DNA from: Eledone cirrhosa
Taxonomy: Eukaryota
Assembly (NCBI GenBank): GCA_964016885.1
Contig: OZ024740.1
Span: forward strand, 370,698,001-370,762,000
DNA length: 64,000 bases
Direction of reading: 5' to 3'
Under the pieces are notes generated by a model. That model saw only the letters and a program-made list of their open reading frames with translations, was not told where the DNA came from and ran no database searches. The translations under genes were made by a program, and so were the position numbers. Position 1 is the stretch's first letter, and every line of letters starts with the position of its first letter. Positions 50,993 to 62,342 of the stretch are shown here, piece after piece.

Positions 50993-53900
50993 TATTTTCG
51001 AATATTCTATGTCTATATTCACATATATATCGCTATTTCAGAGCATTTATTCCAATTTCTAATTTCTGCCGGACCGGCAACCGCTCTTTCAAACCAGTTC
51101 CTGTACACAGCTAAGTATTCTATAAGTCTCTAGCTGTGTCATTCTCGATAAAAGCACTGGATATGTAGTCCTGATGATTTCTAACGAGAATGAAACGCGT
51201 AGATTACTTCCCTTGCTTTTATCGAGAATCTAATTGTAATACGTGACGTATTCTATTCTATAGCGATTAGGTCTTCAAAATGTTTATTATAAACATACAG
51301 AATATTTTCGAATATTCTATGTCTATATTCACATATATATCGCTATTTCAGAGCATTTATTCCAATTTCTAATTTCTGCCGGACCGGCAACCGCTCTTTC
51401 AAACCAGTTCCTGTACACAGCTAAGTATTCTATAAGTCTCTAGCTGTGTCATTCTCGATAAAAGCACTGGATATGTAGTCCTGATGATTTCTAACGAGAA
51501 TGAAACGCGTAGATTACTTCCCTTGCTTTTATCGAGAATCTAATTGTAATACGTGACGTATTCTATTCTATAGCGATTAGGTCTTCAAAATGTTTATTAT
51601 AAACATACAGAATATTTTCGAATATTCTATGTCTATATTCACATATATATCGCTATTTCAGAGCATTTATTCCAATTTCTAATTTCTGCCGGACCGGCAA
51701 CCGCTCTTTCAAACCAGTTCCTGTACACAGCTAAGTATTCTATAAGTCTCTAGCTGTGTCATTCTCGATAAAAGCACTGGATATGTAGTCCTGATGATTT
51801 CTAACGAGAATGAAACGCGTAGATTACTTCCCTTGCTTTTATCGAGAATCTAATTGTAATACGTGACGTATTCTATTCTATAGCGATTAGGTCTTCAAAA
51901 TGTTTATTATAAACATACAGAATATTTTCGAATATTCTATGTCTATATTCACATATATATCGCTATTTCAGAGCATTTATTCCAATTTCTAATTTCTGCC
52001 GGACCGGCAACCGCTCTTTCAAACCAGTTCCTGTACACAGCTAAGTATTCTATAAGTCTCTAGCTGTGTCATTCTCGATAAAAGCACTGGATATGTAGTC
52101 CTGATGATTTCTAACGAGAATGAAACGCGTAGATTACTTCCCTTGCTTTTATCGAGAATCTAATTGTAATACGTGACGTATTCTATTCTATAGCGATTAG
52201 GTCTTCAAAATGTTTATTATAAACATACAGAATATTTTCGAATATTCTATGTCTATATTCACATATATATCGCTATTTCAGAGCATTTATTCCAATTTCT
52301 AATTTCTGCCGGACCGGCAACCGCTCTTTCAAACCAGTTCCTGTACACAGCTAAGTATTCTATAAGTCTCTAGCTGTGTCATTCTCGATAAAAGCACTGG
52401 ATATGTAGTCCTGATGATTTCTAACGAGAATGAAACGCGTAGATTACTTCCCTTGCTTTTATCGAGAATCTAATTGTAATACGTGACGTATTCTATTCTA
52501 TAGCGATTAGGTCTTCAAAATGTTTATTATAAACATACAGAATATTTTCGAATATTCTATGTCTATATTCACATATATATCGCTATTTCAGAGCATTTAT
52601 TCCAATTTCTAATTTCTGCCGGACCGGCAACCGCTCTTTCAAACCAGTTCCTGTACACAGCTAAGTATTCTATAAGTCTCTAGCTGTGTCATTCTCGATA
52701 AAAGCACTGGATATGTAGTCCTGATGATTTCTAACGAGAATGAAACGCGTAGATTACTTCCCTTGCTTTTATCGAGAATCTAATTGTAATACGTGACGTA
52801 TTCTATTCTATAGCGATTAGGTCTTCAAAATGTTTATTATAAACATACAGAATATTTTCGAATATTCTATGTCTATATTCACATATATATCGCTATTTCA
52901 GAGCATTTATTCCAATTTCTAATTTCTGCCGGACCGGCAACCGCTCTTTCAAACCAGTTCCTGTACACAGCTAAGTATTCTATAAGTCTCTAGCTGTGTC
53001 ATTCTCGATAAAAGCACTGGATATGTAGTCCTGATGATTTCTAACGAGAATGAAACGCGTAGATTACTTCCCTTGCTTTTATCGAGAATCTAATTGTAAT
53101 ACGTGACGTATTCTATTCTATAGCGATTAGGTCTTCAAAATGTTTATTATAAACATACAGAATATTTTCGAATATTCTATGTCTATATTCACATATATAT
53201 CGCTATTTCAGAGCATTTATTCCAATTTCTAATTTCTGCCGGACCGGCAACCGCTCTTTCAAACCAGTTCCTGTACACAGCTAAGTATTCTATAAGTCTC
53301 TAGCTGTGTCATTCTCGATAAAAGCACTGGATATGTAGTCCTGATGATTTCTAACGAGAATGAAACGCGTAGATTACTTCCCTTGCTTTTATCGAGAATC
53401 TAATTGTAATACGTGACGTATTCTATTCTATAGCGATTAGGTCTTCAAAATGTTTATTATAAACATACAGAATATTTTCGAATATTCTATGTCTATATTC
53501 ACATATATATCGCTATTTCAGAGCATTTATTCCAATTTCTAATTTCTGCCGGACCGGCAACCGCTCTTTCAAACCAGTTCCTGTACACAGCTAAGTATTC
53601 TATAAGTCTCTAGCTGTGTCATTCTCGATAAAAGCACTGGATATGTAGTCCTGATGATTTCTAACGAGAATGAAACGCGTAGATTACTTCCCTTGCTTTT
53701 ATCGAGAATCTAATTGTAATACGTGACGTATTCTATTCTATAGCGATTAGGTCTTCAAAATGTTTATTATAAACATACAGAATATTTTCGAATATTCTAT
53801 GTCTATATTCACATATATATCGCTATTTCAGAGCATTTATTCCAATTTCTAATTTCTGCCGGACCGGCAACCGCTCTTTCAAACCAGTTCCTGTACACAG

Positions 53901-56014
53901 CTAAGTATTCTATAAGTCTCTAGCTGTGTCATTCTCGATAAAAGCACTGGATATGTAGTCCTGATGATTTCTAACGAGAATGAAACGCGTAGATTACTTC
54001 CCTTGCTTTTATCGAGAATCTAATTGTAATACGTGACGTATTCTATTCTATAGCGATTAGGTCTTCAAAATGTTTATTATAAACATACAGAATATTTTCG
54101 AATATTCTATGTCTATATTCACATATATATCGCTATTTCAGAGCATTTATTCCAATTTCTAATTTCTGCCGGACCGGCAACCGCTCTTTCAAACCAGTTC
54201 CTGTACACAGCTAAGTATTCTATAAGTCTCTAGCTGTGTCATTCTCGATAAAAGCACTGGATATGTAGTCCTGATGATTTCTAACGAGAATGAAACGCGT
54301 AGATTACTTCCCTTGCTTTTATCGAGAATCTAATTGTAATACGTGACGTATTCTATTCTATAGCGATTAGGTCTTCAAAATGTTTATTATAAACATACAG
54401 AATATTTTCGAATATTCTATGTCTATATTCACATATATATCGCTATTTCAGAGCATTTATTCCAATTTCTAATTTCTGCCGGACCGGCAACCGCTCTTTC
54501 AAACCAGTTCCTGTACACAGCTAAGTATTCTATAAGTCTCTAGCTGTGTCATTCTCGATAAAAGCACTGGATATGTAGTCCTGATGATTTCTAACGAGAA
54601 TGAAACGCGTAGATTACTTCCCTTGCTTTTATCGAGAATCTAATTGTAATACGTGACGTATTCTATTCTATAGCGATTAGGTCTTCAAAATGTTTATTAT
54701 AAACATACAGAATATTTTCGAATATTCTATGTCTATATTCACATATATATCGCTATTTCAGAGCATTTATTCCAATTTCTAATTTCTGCCGGACCGGCAA
54801 CCGCTCTTTCAAACCAGTTCCTGTACACAGCTAAGTATTCTATAAGTCTCTAGCTGTGTCATTCTCGATAAAAGCACTGGATATGTAGTCCTGATGATTT
54901 CTAACGAGAATGAAACGCGTAGATTACTTCCCTTGCTTTTATCGAGAATCTAATTGTAATACGTGACGTATTCTATTCTATAGCGATTAGGTCTTCAAAA
55001 TGTTTATTATAAACATACAGAATATTTTCGAATATTCTATGTCTATATTCACATATATATCGCTATTTCAGAGCATTTATTCCAATTTCTAATTTCTGCC
55101 GGACCGGCAACCGCTCTTTCAAACCAGTTCCTGTACACAGCTAAGTATTCTATAAGTCTCTAGCTGTGTCATTCTCGATAAAAGCACTGGATATGTAGTC
55201 CTGATGATTTCTAACGAGAATGAAACGCGTAGATTACTTCCCTTGCTTTTATCGAGAATCTAATTGTAATACGTGACGTATTCTATTCTATAGCGATTAG
55301 GTCTTCAAAATGTTTATTATAAACATACAGAATATTTTCGAATATTCTATGTCTATATTCACATATATATCGCTATTTCAGAGCATTTATTCCAATTTCT
55401 AATTTCTGCCGGACCGGCAACCGCTCTTTCAAACCAGTTCCTGTACACAGCTAAGTATTCTATAAGTCTCTAGCTGTGTCATTCTCGATAAAAGCACTGG
55501 ATATGTAGTCCTGATGATTTCTAACGAGAATGAAACGCGTAGATTACTTCCCTTGCTTTTATCGAGAATCTAATTGTAATACGTGACGTATTCTATTCTA
55601 TAGCGATTAGGTCTTCAAAATGTTTATTATAAACATACAGAATATTTTCGAATATTCTATGTCTATATTCACATATATATCGCTATTTCAGAGCATTTAT
55701 TCCAATTTCTAATTTCTGCCGGACCTGCAACCGCTCTTTCAAACCAGTTCCTGTACACAGCTAAGTATTCTATAAGTCTCTAGCTGTGTCATTCTCGATA
55801 AAAGCACTGGATATGTAGTCCTGATGATTTCTAACGAGAATGAAACGCGTAGATTACTTCCCTTGCTTTTATCGAGAATCTAATTGTAATACGTGACGTA
55901 TTCTATTCTATAGCGATTAGGTCTTCAAAATGTTTATTATAAACATACAGAATATTTTCGAATATTCTATGTCTATATTCACATATATATCGCTATTTCA
56001 GAGCATTTATTCCA

Positions 56015-56018
<4 letters not shown>
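50992..56018 (+). repeat. 310-bp hammerhead satellite (retrozyme-like), right block, about 16.2 units, 16 ribozymes
   Basis: Exact 310-bp period (51001, 51311 ... 55961); ends in (TA)n. Confidence 0.95.
51141..51229 (+). ncRNA. Type I hammerhead ribozyme (representative of 24 copies)
   Basis: GTAGTC-CTGATGA-T TTCT AACG AGAA T-GAAA-CGCG-TA-GATTAC; predicted cleavage after GUA (51201); stem I extended by the 16-bp ATTCTCGATAAAAGCA/TGCTTTTATCGAGAAT pair. Confidence 0.88.
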
Positions 56019-56060
<42 letters not shown>

Positions 56061-56105
56061 AAGTTAAATAAAAAGTCAAATGTTTAAAATTTAGCTTCGT
56101 TTATT

Positions 56106-56160
56106 ACTGCTATATATATTTCAGTGACACCCATCTTTGGCTGTGACCTCTTCAGGCAGT
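56106..56160 (-). ncRNA. Type I hammerhead in a PLE-like 3' end
   Basis: ACTGC-CTGAAGA-GGTCACAGCC..GGGTGTCACT-GAAA-TATATA-TA-GCAGT then AATAAA. Confidence 0.75.
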
Positions 56161-57265
56161 CCGAATTAGTGTGGTATAGACAAGTACATATGTTGTTGAG
56201 GTGTATAATATTGTCAATACTCTGATATGCCCAGTTCCTGGTTGGGTTGTTATTTCACTGAGGAACTGGAATCATATGAATTCAAACAAACGAATTTCAG
56301 TGTCAAAGGGCCTCTTCTCCTCTCATTGGTCAGTTGTTAGAACATTCCTCATTCTAAGTGTTGTTATTGTTGGAGTTAACTTAAAAAATTGATAAAGTGG
56401 TAGAAGGGACAAGGTGTTAAAGGAACAAAATAACAAAAAAAGTGTCAAACTTCCCATTGGTCAGTTCTGAGAGCATTCCTCAGTCAGAAGTCTATAGAAT
56501 TCTTTCTGGGTGAGGCTCTCTGTAGTGTTTGTGTTTGCTATTGTTAAGTATATTTGACCTCTACCATTATTTTGGTAGTGTTGTTGGTGTTGTGGTCAGC
56601 TTATGTCTTGCTTCTGTTGACAATTTAGAAGTATCTGTGTGTGTTTTTTCTTCATCCCTCCTGCCACCATCTCTCATAGTGGTGGGGTGGGGTTCTTCCA
56701 TGTATATGAAGAAATATAAGGCAATAAATGAAGAAAACAGAAAATAAATAATATAATTTGTATAATTTGAAAATAAATAATAAATAGAGAATAAAGAATA
56801 AAGAATAATATAATTTTTCTCCTTATGTAGAGAACAAAACGCTGAATAATGCTGCTAATTTTAGTGGCAATATCAACATGTTTATAATATACAGCTATTA
56901 TCAGCGACCTGATTTTGCGTGTGTGTCATTTTAACGGCTTGACCGCATGCGTTGGGCAGGAAGCGAAATATTTACTTACTATGGGGCTTGCAACCTTATG
57001 GTGTGGAAATAGGCTGCTTGAAGATTCATTTCTTTCCATTGGAAATTCTCTGGATTTCCAATCTTTTGGAATGATGAAACCGTCTGTAACAGCAATGGAA
57101 CAGGTGATTATTTAAATCGTTTTTTAATTTATTTAGAGAATTGTTTAATAACCGCTTACTTTTTATATTGTTCTGGCATCTCGAATTAGTACAATCGAAC
57201 CACAAGTATTATAAACAACTTGCATATTTCTACAAGTACATTGTACCTGTTGAGGTATTCATCCA

Positions 57266-57323
<58 letters not shown>

Positions 57324-57332
<9 letters not shown>

Positions 57333-58324
57333 TAAACTTGTCTTTAGAATAACTAGATATAATATATACCATTTCATCTCCCAATTAGCATAATTAACCA
57401 TATAAAAAATCAATTAGACCAAGCTATAAGAATAAAGGCTCCTATGAAGAAATCTCCGACAAATAACCGAAAGCAGCCCCTTCGCGGCGGCTACGATGGA
57501 GTATTTAGCATGTAGAAATCGACCAGATATACAGTCAACCAAACACAATTAGGTGTAAAACAAACTTAGAAGAAATGCGTACATACCAAATTACCTCTGC
57601 CATGGTTTCATCCGTATTTTAAGACATCCGATAACAGGGAATGTCCAGAGCTTCGGATTCATCAGGAGTGAACTCAAATTTAGACATTTAATTTTCCAAA
57701 GTGATCGCGCCAAAAATACATTCAAAAATGGCTAAGAATCGTGACGTGGCAGCCGTCAAATTAGAAAGGATGTGATTAGTTGCTTACGGCGGATAGGCTT
57801 ATTGCTACAAAGCGCAGCCCAATATAGCCAAATTGTATCTCAACTTAACGGGAGATTATTACATATAAAGGTTTACATATATAGGTCATAGATATATATG
57901 TGTTTTGCAACAGGTCACGTTGTGCCTCAATGAAGAATTAATAAATTAAATAAACAGAGCTATATATCATAAAACATGTCTTTAGAATAACTAGATATAA
58001 TATATACCATTTCATCTCCCAATTAGCATAATTAACCATATAAAAAATCAATTAGACCAAGCTATAAGAATAAAGGCTCCTATGAAGAAATCTCCGACAA
58101 ATAACCGAAAGCAGCCCCTTCGCGGCAGCTACGATGGAGTATTTATCGAACATTTCGGAAGCATGTAGAAATCGACCAGATATACAGTCAACCAAACACA
58201 ATTAGGTGTAAAATCAAACTTAGAAGAAATGCGTACATACCAAATGCGTACGTACCATATTACCTCTACCATGGCTTCATCCGTATTTTTATTCTAAAGA
58301 CATGTTTTATGATATATAGCTCTG
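57324..58324 (-). mobile_element. Partial-tandem pLTR-like insertion with hammerhead (57594-57669) and short inverted tail
   Basis: Direct repeat 57324-57620 / 57961-58289; CTC-CTGATGA-ATCCG..CGGAT-GAAA-CCATGG-CA-GAG; 58289-58324 is the reverse complement of 57955-57990; flanked by (TA)n. Confidence 0.7.
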
Positions 58325-58369
<45 letters not shown>

Positions 58370-58567
58370 AATTAAGTTAAAAATGTACATCCACATATGT
58401 ATACTGAAATACTAGTATGCATATGAATACACACACGTATACATATGTAGATGTACCGAGTTTTTCACTGGTCACTTTACTGTGAGTGTCCAGCTATTCT
58501 GTATGTAAACACACAGACAAACCGGTTTTTAGAGTCATACTGGTTTTTGAGGAAACACCTTTCCTCT

Positions 58568-58663
58568 ATTCTCCAGAAAGCCAGACAAGGAATATTGAAC
58601 TAGTTTCGATGTTGTTACATCTCATCAGCAATATTTACCTATCTTCCGGCCTTTCTAGAGAAT
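58568..58663 (-). ncRNA. Type I hammerhead ribozyme with extended stem I
   Basis: AATATTG-CTGATGA-GATGT AACA ACATC-GAAA-CTAG-TT-CAATATT (58591-58635); basal stem ATTCTCTAGAAAG/CTTTCTGGAGAAT. Confidence 0.88.
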
Positions 58664-58894
58664 CGTAAAAGCACATATCGTTATATGCTTTTTCTATGAA
58701 AATTAGTAGTGGGCAGACTAATTTGCATAGAGCGTGAGTACGTACCGGTTCAACGGAGACGATATATATATATATATATGTGTGTATGTATATATATATA
58801 TATATTTAAGAGTTAAATAAGGTTCAATGAATACATCTAAGAATGAGTTTTACACACATACATGTGTGTGTATTTATATGTGTGTGTGTATATG

Positions 58895-58939
<45 letters not shown>

Positions 58940-59451
58940 ATAGCTTTCACCGTACTTTTGACTAAAGGAATTTTAGCTTGATAACGGGGTTTAGAACCCT
59001 CAGATAAATGGAAAAAGATGAGTATATATATGTATGTATGTATGTGTATGTATATGTGTATGTATATGTATGTGTATATGTATGTGTATGTGTGTGTGTG
59101 TGTATGTATTTATTTATATGTATGTATGTGTATGTGTAATTGTGTGCATTGCTTACCACGTGTGTTTGTTCATTTATTTGTTTCCTGTATCGCTGACAAC
59201 TTTATAATAATAATTTTTACATTTATTTTTATTCTTATGTGACGGCCTATATGGTCGTCTATTGTTTTTTATTTTATTATTATATTTTTTATTATAATTA
59301 ATTGTGTGTGTGGGTATGTAGGTGAGTGTACATATATCTATATTTGTGTGTGCGTATGTATGCGTGTAAATATGTGTGTATGTATGTGTTTTTTTTATTT
59401 GTACGTGTGTGTATATGTATGATTATGTGTGTATATATATATATATATATA

Positions 59452-59552
<101 letters not shown>

Positions 59553-59642
59553 CGTTTCTGAATTTGTTTAGCAAGATTCTTTATCTGAAAACGTATGTTG
59601 AAACCGATATTGTTATACTTTGGCAGAGTCATGTTGCCAATA

Positions 59643-60087
59643 AGAAACACACGCACCAGTTGCTTTCACTTCAGTTTATTATAATAAATTTATAAATTTA
59701 GGAATTTATAAATTTCCGGTTGGTTGGTTGGTTCCACAACCAGATGATTGTTTATATATTGTCAAAGTTCTTTCGTCACACATTCTGTGACCTCTTCAGT
59801 GACTGGGGATTCTTTTCTTTGTTTTTGTGCCTCTCCTTTGTTCCGTCCTACGCCATCTTGTGTCATCAACAAGATGGCGTAGGAGGAAACAAAGGAGAGG
59901 CACAAAAACAAAGAAAAGAATCCCCAGTCACTGAAGAGGTCACAGAATGTGTGACGAAAGAACTTTGACAATATATAAACAATCATCTGGTTGTGGAACC
60001 AACCAACCAACCGGAAATTTATAAATTCCTAAATTTATAAATTTATTATAATAAACTGAAGTTAAAGCAACTGGTGCGTGTGTTTCT
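59643..60087. repeat. Near-perfect 445-bp palindrome with divergent hammerhead motifs (59761-59803 -, 59927-59969 +)
   Basis: About 219-bp arms with a 7-nt loop at 59862-59868; GTCA-CTGAAGA-G-GTCACA GAATG TGTGAC-GAAA-GAAC-TT-TGAC. Confidence 0.85.
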
Positions 60088-60097
60088 CCCAAAGTAT

Positions 60098-60155
<58 letters not shown>

Positions 60156-60260
60156 GTGTGTGTGTGTGTTTGTGCATTTGTGTGTAAGTGTATGTATGGA
60201 TATGTGGATATATATGTGTGTATGTATATGTATGTGTATTTGTACGTGTATGTATATCTG

Positions 60261-60292
<32 letters not shown>

Positions 60293-60448
60293 TGTGTATG
60301 TATATATGTGTGTGTATGTATATGTGTGTGTGTGTGTGTGTGTGTATGTGTGTTTATTTTTCCTTTCCTTCTTCCTTTTCCAGCCTCACTTTCATATAGA
60401 TTATATTTTTGTTTTTAAAATCCAATGTCAATAAATACACCAGGATTT

Positions 60449-60509
60449 TTTCATTCTGATGATTGAAAGCAAAATGTGTTTGCTTTCAAGAAACCACTGG
60501 TAAATGAAA
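60449..60509 (+). ncRNA. Type I hammerhead ribozyme
   Basis: TTTCATT-CTGATGA-TTGAAAGCAAA ATGTG TTTGCTTTCAA-GAAA-CC ACT GG-TA-AATGAAA: intact core, 7-bp stem I, 11-bp stem II. Confidence 0.88.
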
Positions 60510-60548
60510 TAATTACCTTATGTTGTTTATTACATAACTATATATATG

Positions 60549-60681
<133 letters not shown>

Positions 60682-60881
60682 TATATATATAGTTAAAAGA
60701 ATAGAGGTGTAAAACACAAGTTATTATATATTGGTAAACGGAATAGAAAATATTGACAAATTGTTCACAGTGAAAAATAGTTTAATTAGGAATAAATGAG
60801 AATTAGTAATTGTATTGGTTAGTATTCAATTTTGGTTTTAAGTTTTACCGGTTGCACATTTCTAAATGCTTTTCAAAAATA

Positions 60882-61734
60882 ATTTTGAGATAGAGCGTCC
60901 GTGATGTTTGCAGAGCAAACATCACGGACGCTCTATCTCAAAATATTTGGATTTTAACGTTTAAACCTGTCTACGGAACGGGTTTGATTTTGAAATTTAA
61001 ATTTGTCCAAGCACTACGGCCATTGCCAATATGATTTGTTTTTATTGATTTATTATCTTAAATCGAGACAGGCAAAATGTATTATTATTATTATTAGTAT
61101 ATTTCAATCTAGCTAACTTGGTCATTTACAATACAAACATGAATATGTTGGTATTTGTGTTTTTCAAATATATTAATTTATATTAACTTGTATTACACGG
61201 CTCAGAAATACTTCTTTCTTTGAGCTATTTCATTGTAAAAGACTGCCTGAGTTTTGAACTCATTATTAATGATAGTATCACTGCTCCTTTGTTGAGCTGA
61301 ATTTAGCCCCATACAAACGGCTGTTATTTCTAGCAGCACGAGTATGTGACAGCTAGACACTGGATAACCGCGTGAAATACCATGTGCGTTAATCAGTCTT
61401 TCTAAATATTTTAAAGTGAAACATACCAATTTTTATAGTGCTTGCTGAGGAGATCAAAATGCGGTATTATTTCACTTTTTCATTATTCGAAACATATTTG
61501 GATTTTAACGTTTAAACCTGTCTACGGAACAGGTTTGATTTTGAAATTTAAATTTGTCCAAGCACTAAGGCCATTGCCAATATGATTTGTTTTTATTGAT
61601 TTATTATCTTAAATCGAGACAGGCAAAATGTATTATTATTATTAGTATATTTCAATCTAGCTAACTTGGTCATTTACAATACAAACACGAATATGTTGGT
61701 ATTTGTGTTTATCAAATATATTAATTTATATTAA

Positions 61735-61737
<3 letters not shown>
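60882..61737 (+). repeat. Perfect 30-bp-arm hairpin (60882-60944) abutting a direct repeat of about 245 bp (60943-61189 / 61494-61737)
   Basis: Both structures directly visible; a weak CTGAGGA...GAAAC motif (61445-61493) precedes the second copy. Confidence 0.8.
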
Positions 61738-61780
<43 letters not shown>

Positions 61781-61946
61781 CATATAGATGTGTGAGGGGG
61801 GGGGTGACATACATATGCAAATATGTATAAGCGTCTGCTTGTTTGTGAGTCTCAGTCTACATGAATGGACATGTTATTTTTATCTAAAGACATTTCTTCC
61901 ACTTCCAACCCGCCCGTTCCCTCAATCTATCTTATTTCTCATTCTT

Positions 61947-61982
61947 TCTTCTGATGAAGGACTAGCGTCCGAAACGTTAAGA
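61947..61982 (+). ncRNA. Minimal type I hammerhead motif
   Basis: TCTT-CTGATGA-A-GGAC TAGC GTCC-GAAA-CG-TT-AAGA; palindromic AACGTT in place of stem III. Confidence 0.7.
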
Positions 61983-62223
61983 CCCTCTTCCTGCTATATC
62001 AAGCGTTAACCTAATATATCCCTTCCATATACTGTACCGATTGTGTTGTTATTTCTGTTTACCGTTTACATACATATATATATGTGTGTGTGTGTGTGTG
62101 TATGTGTGTGTGTGTGTATCTCTGTGCGTGCGCATACATTTGCATATTAAACATGATGTTTACACTCTACTAATGTATTGTGTACTTTGCTAACTATGGT
62201 TACCACCGATTGAACCCGAAACT

Positions 62224-62342
<119 letters not shown>

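Noticed and set aside
48558-56018. CRISPR array or coding tandem repeat
   Set aside because: Units are identical with no unique spacers, the context is eukaryotic and there are no cas genes. The only ORF (50951-51133) is a by-product of the inversion junction.
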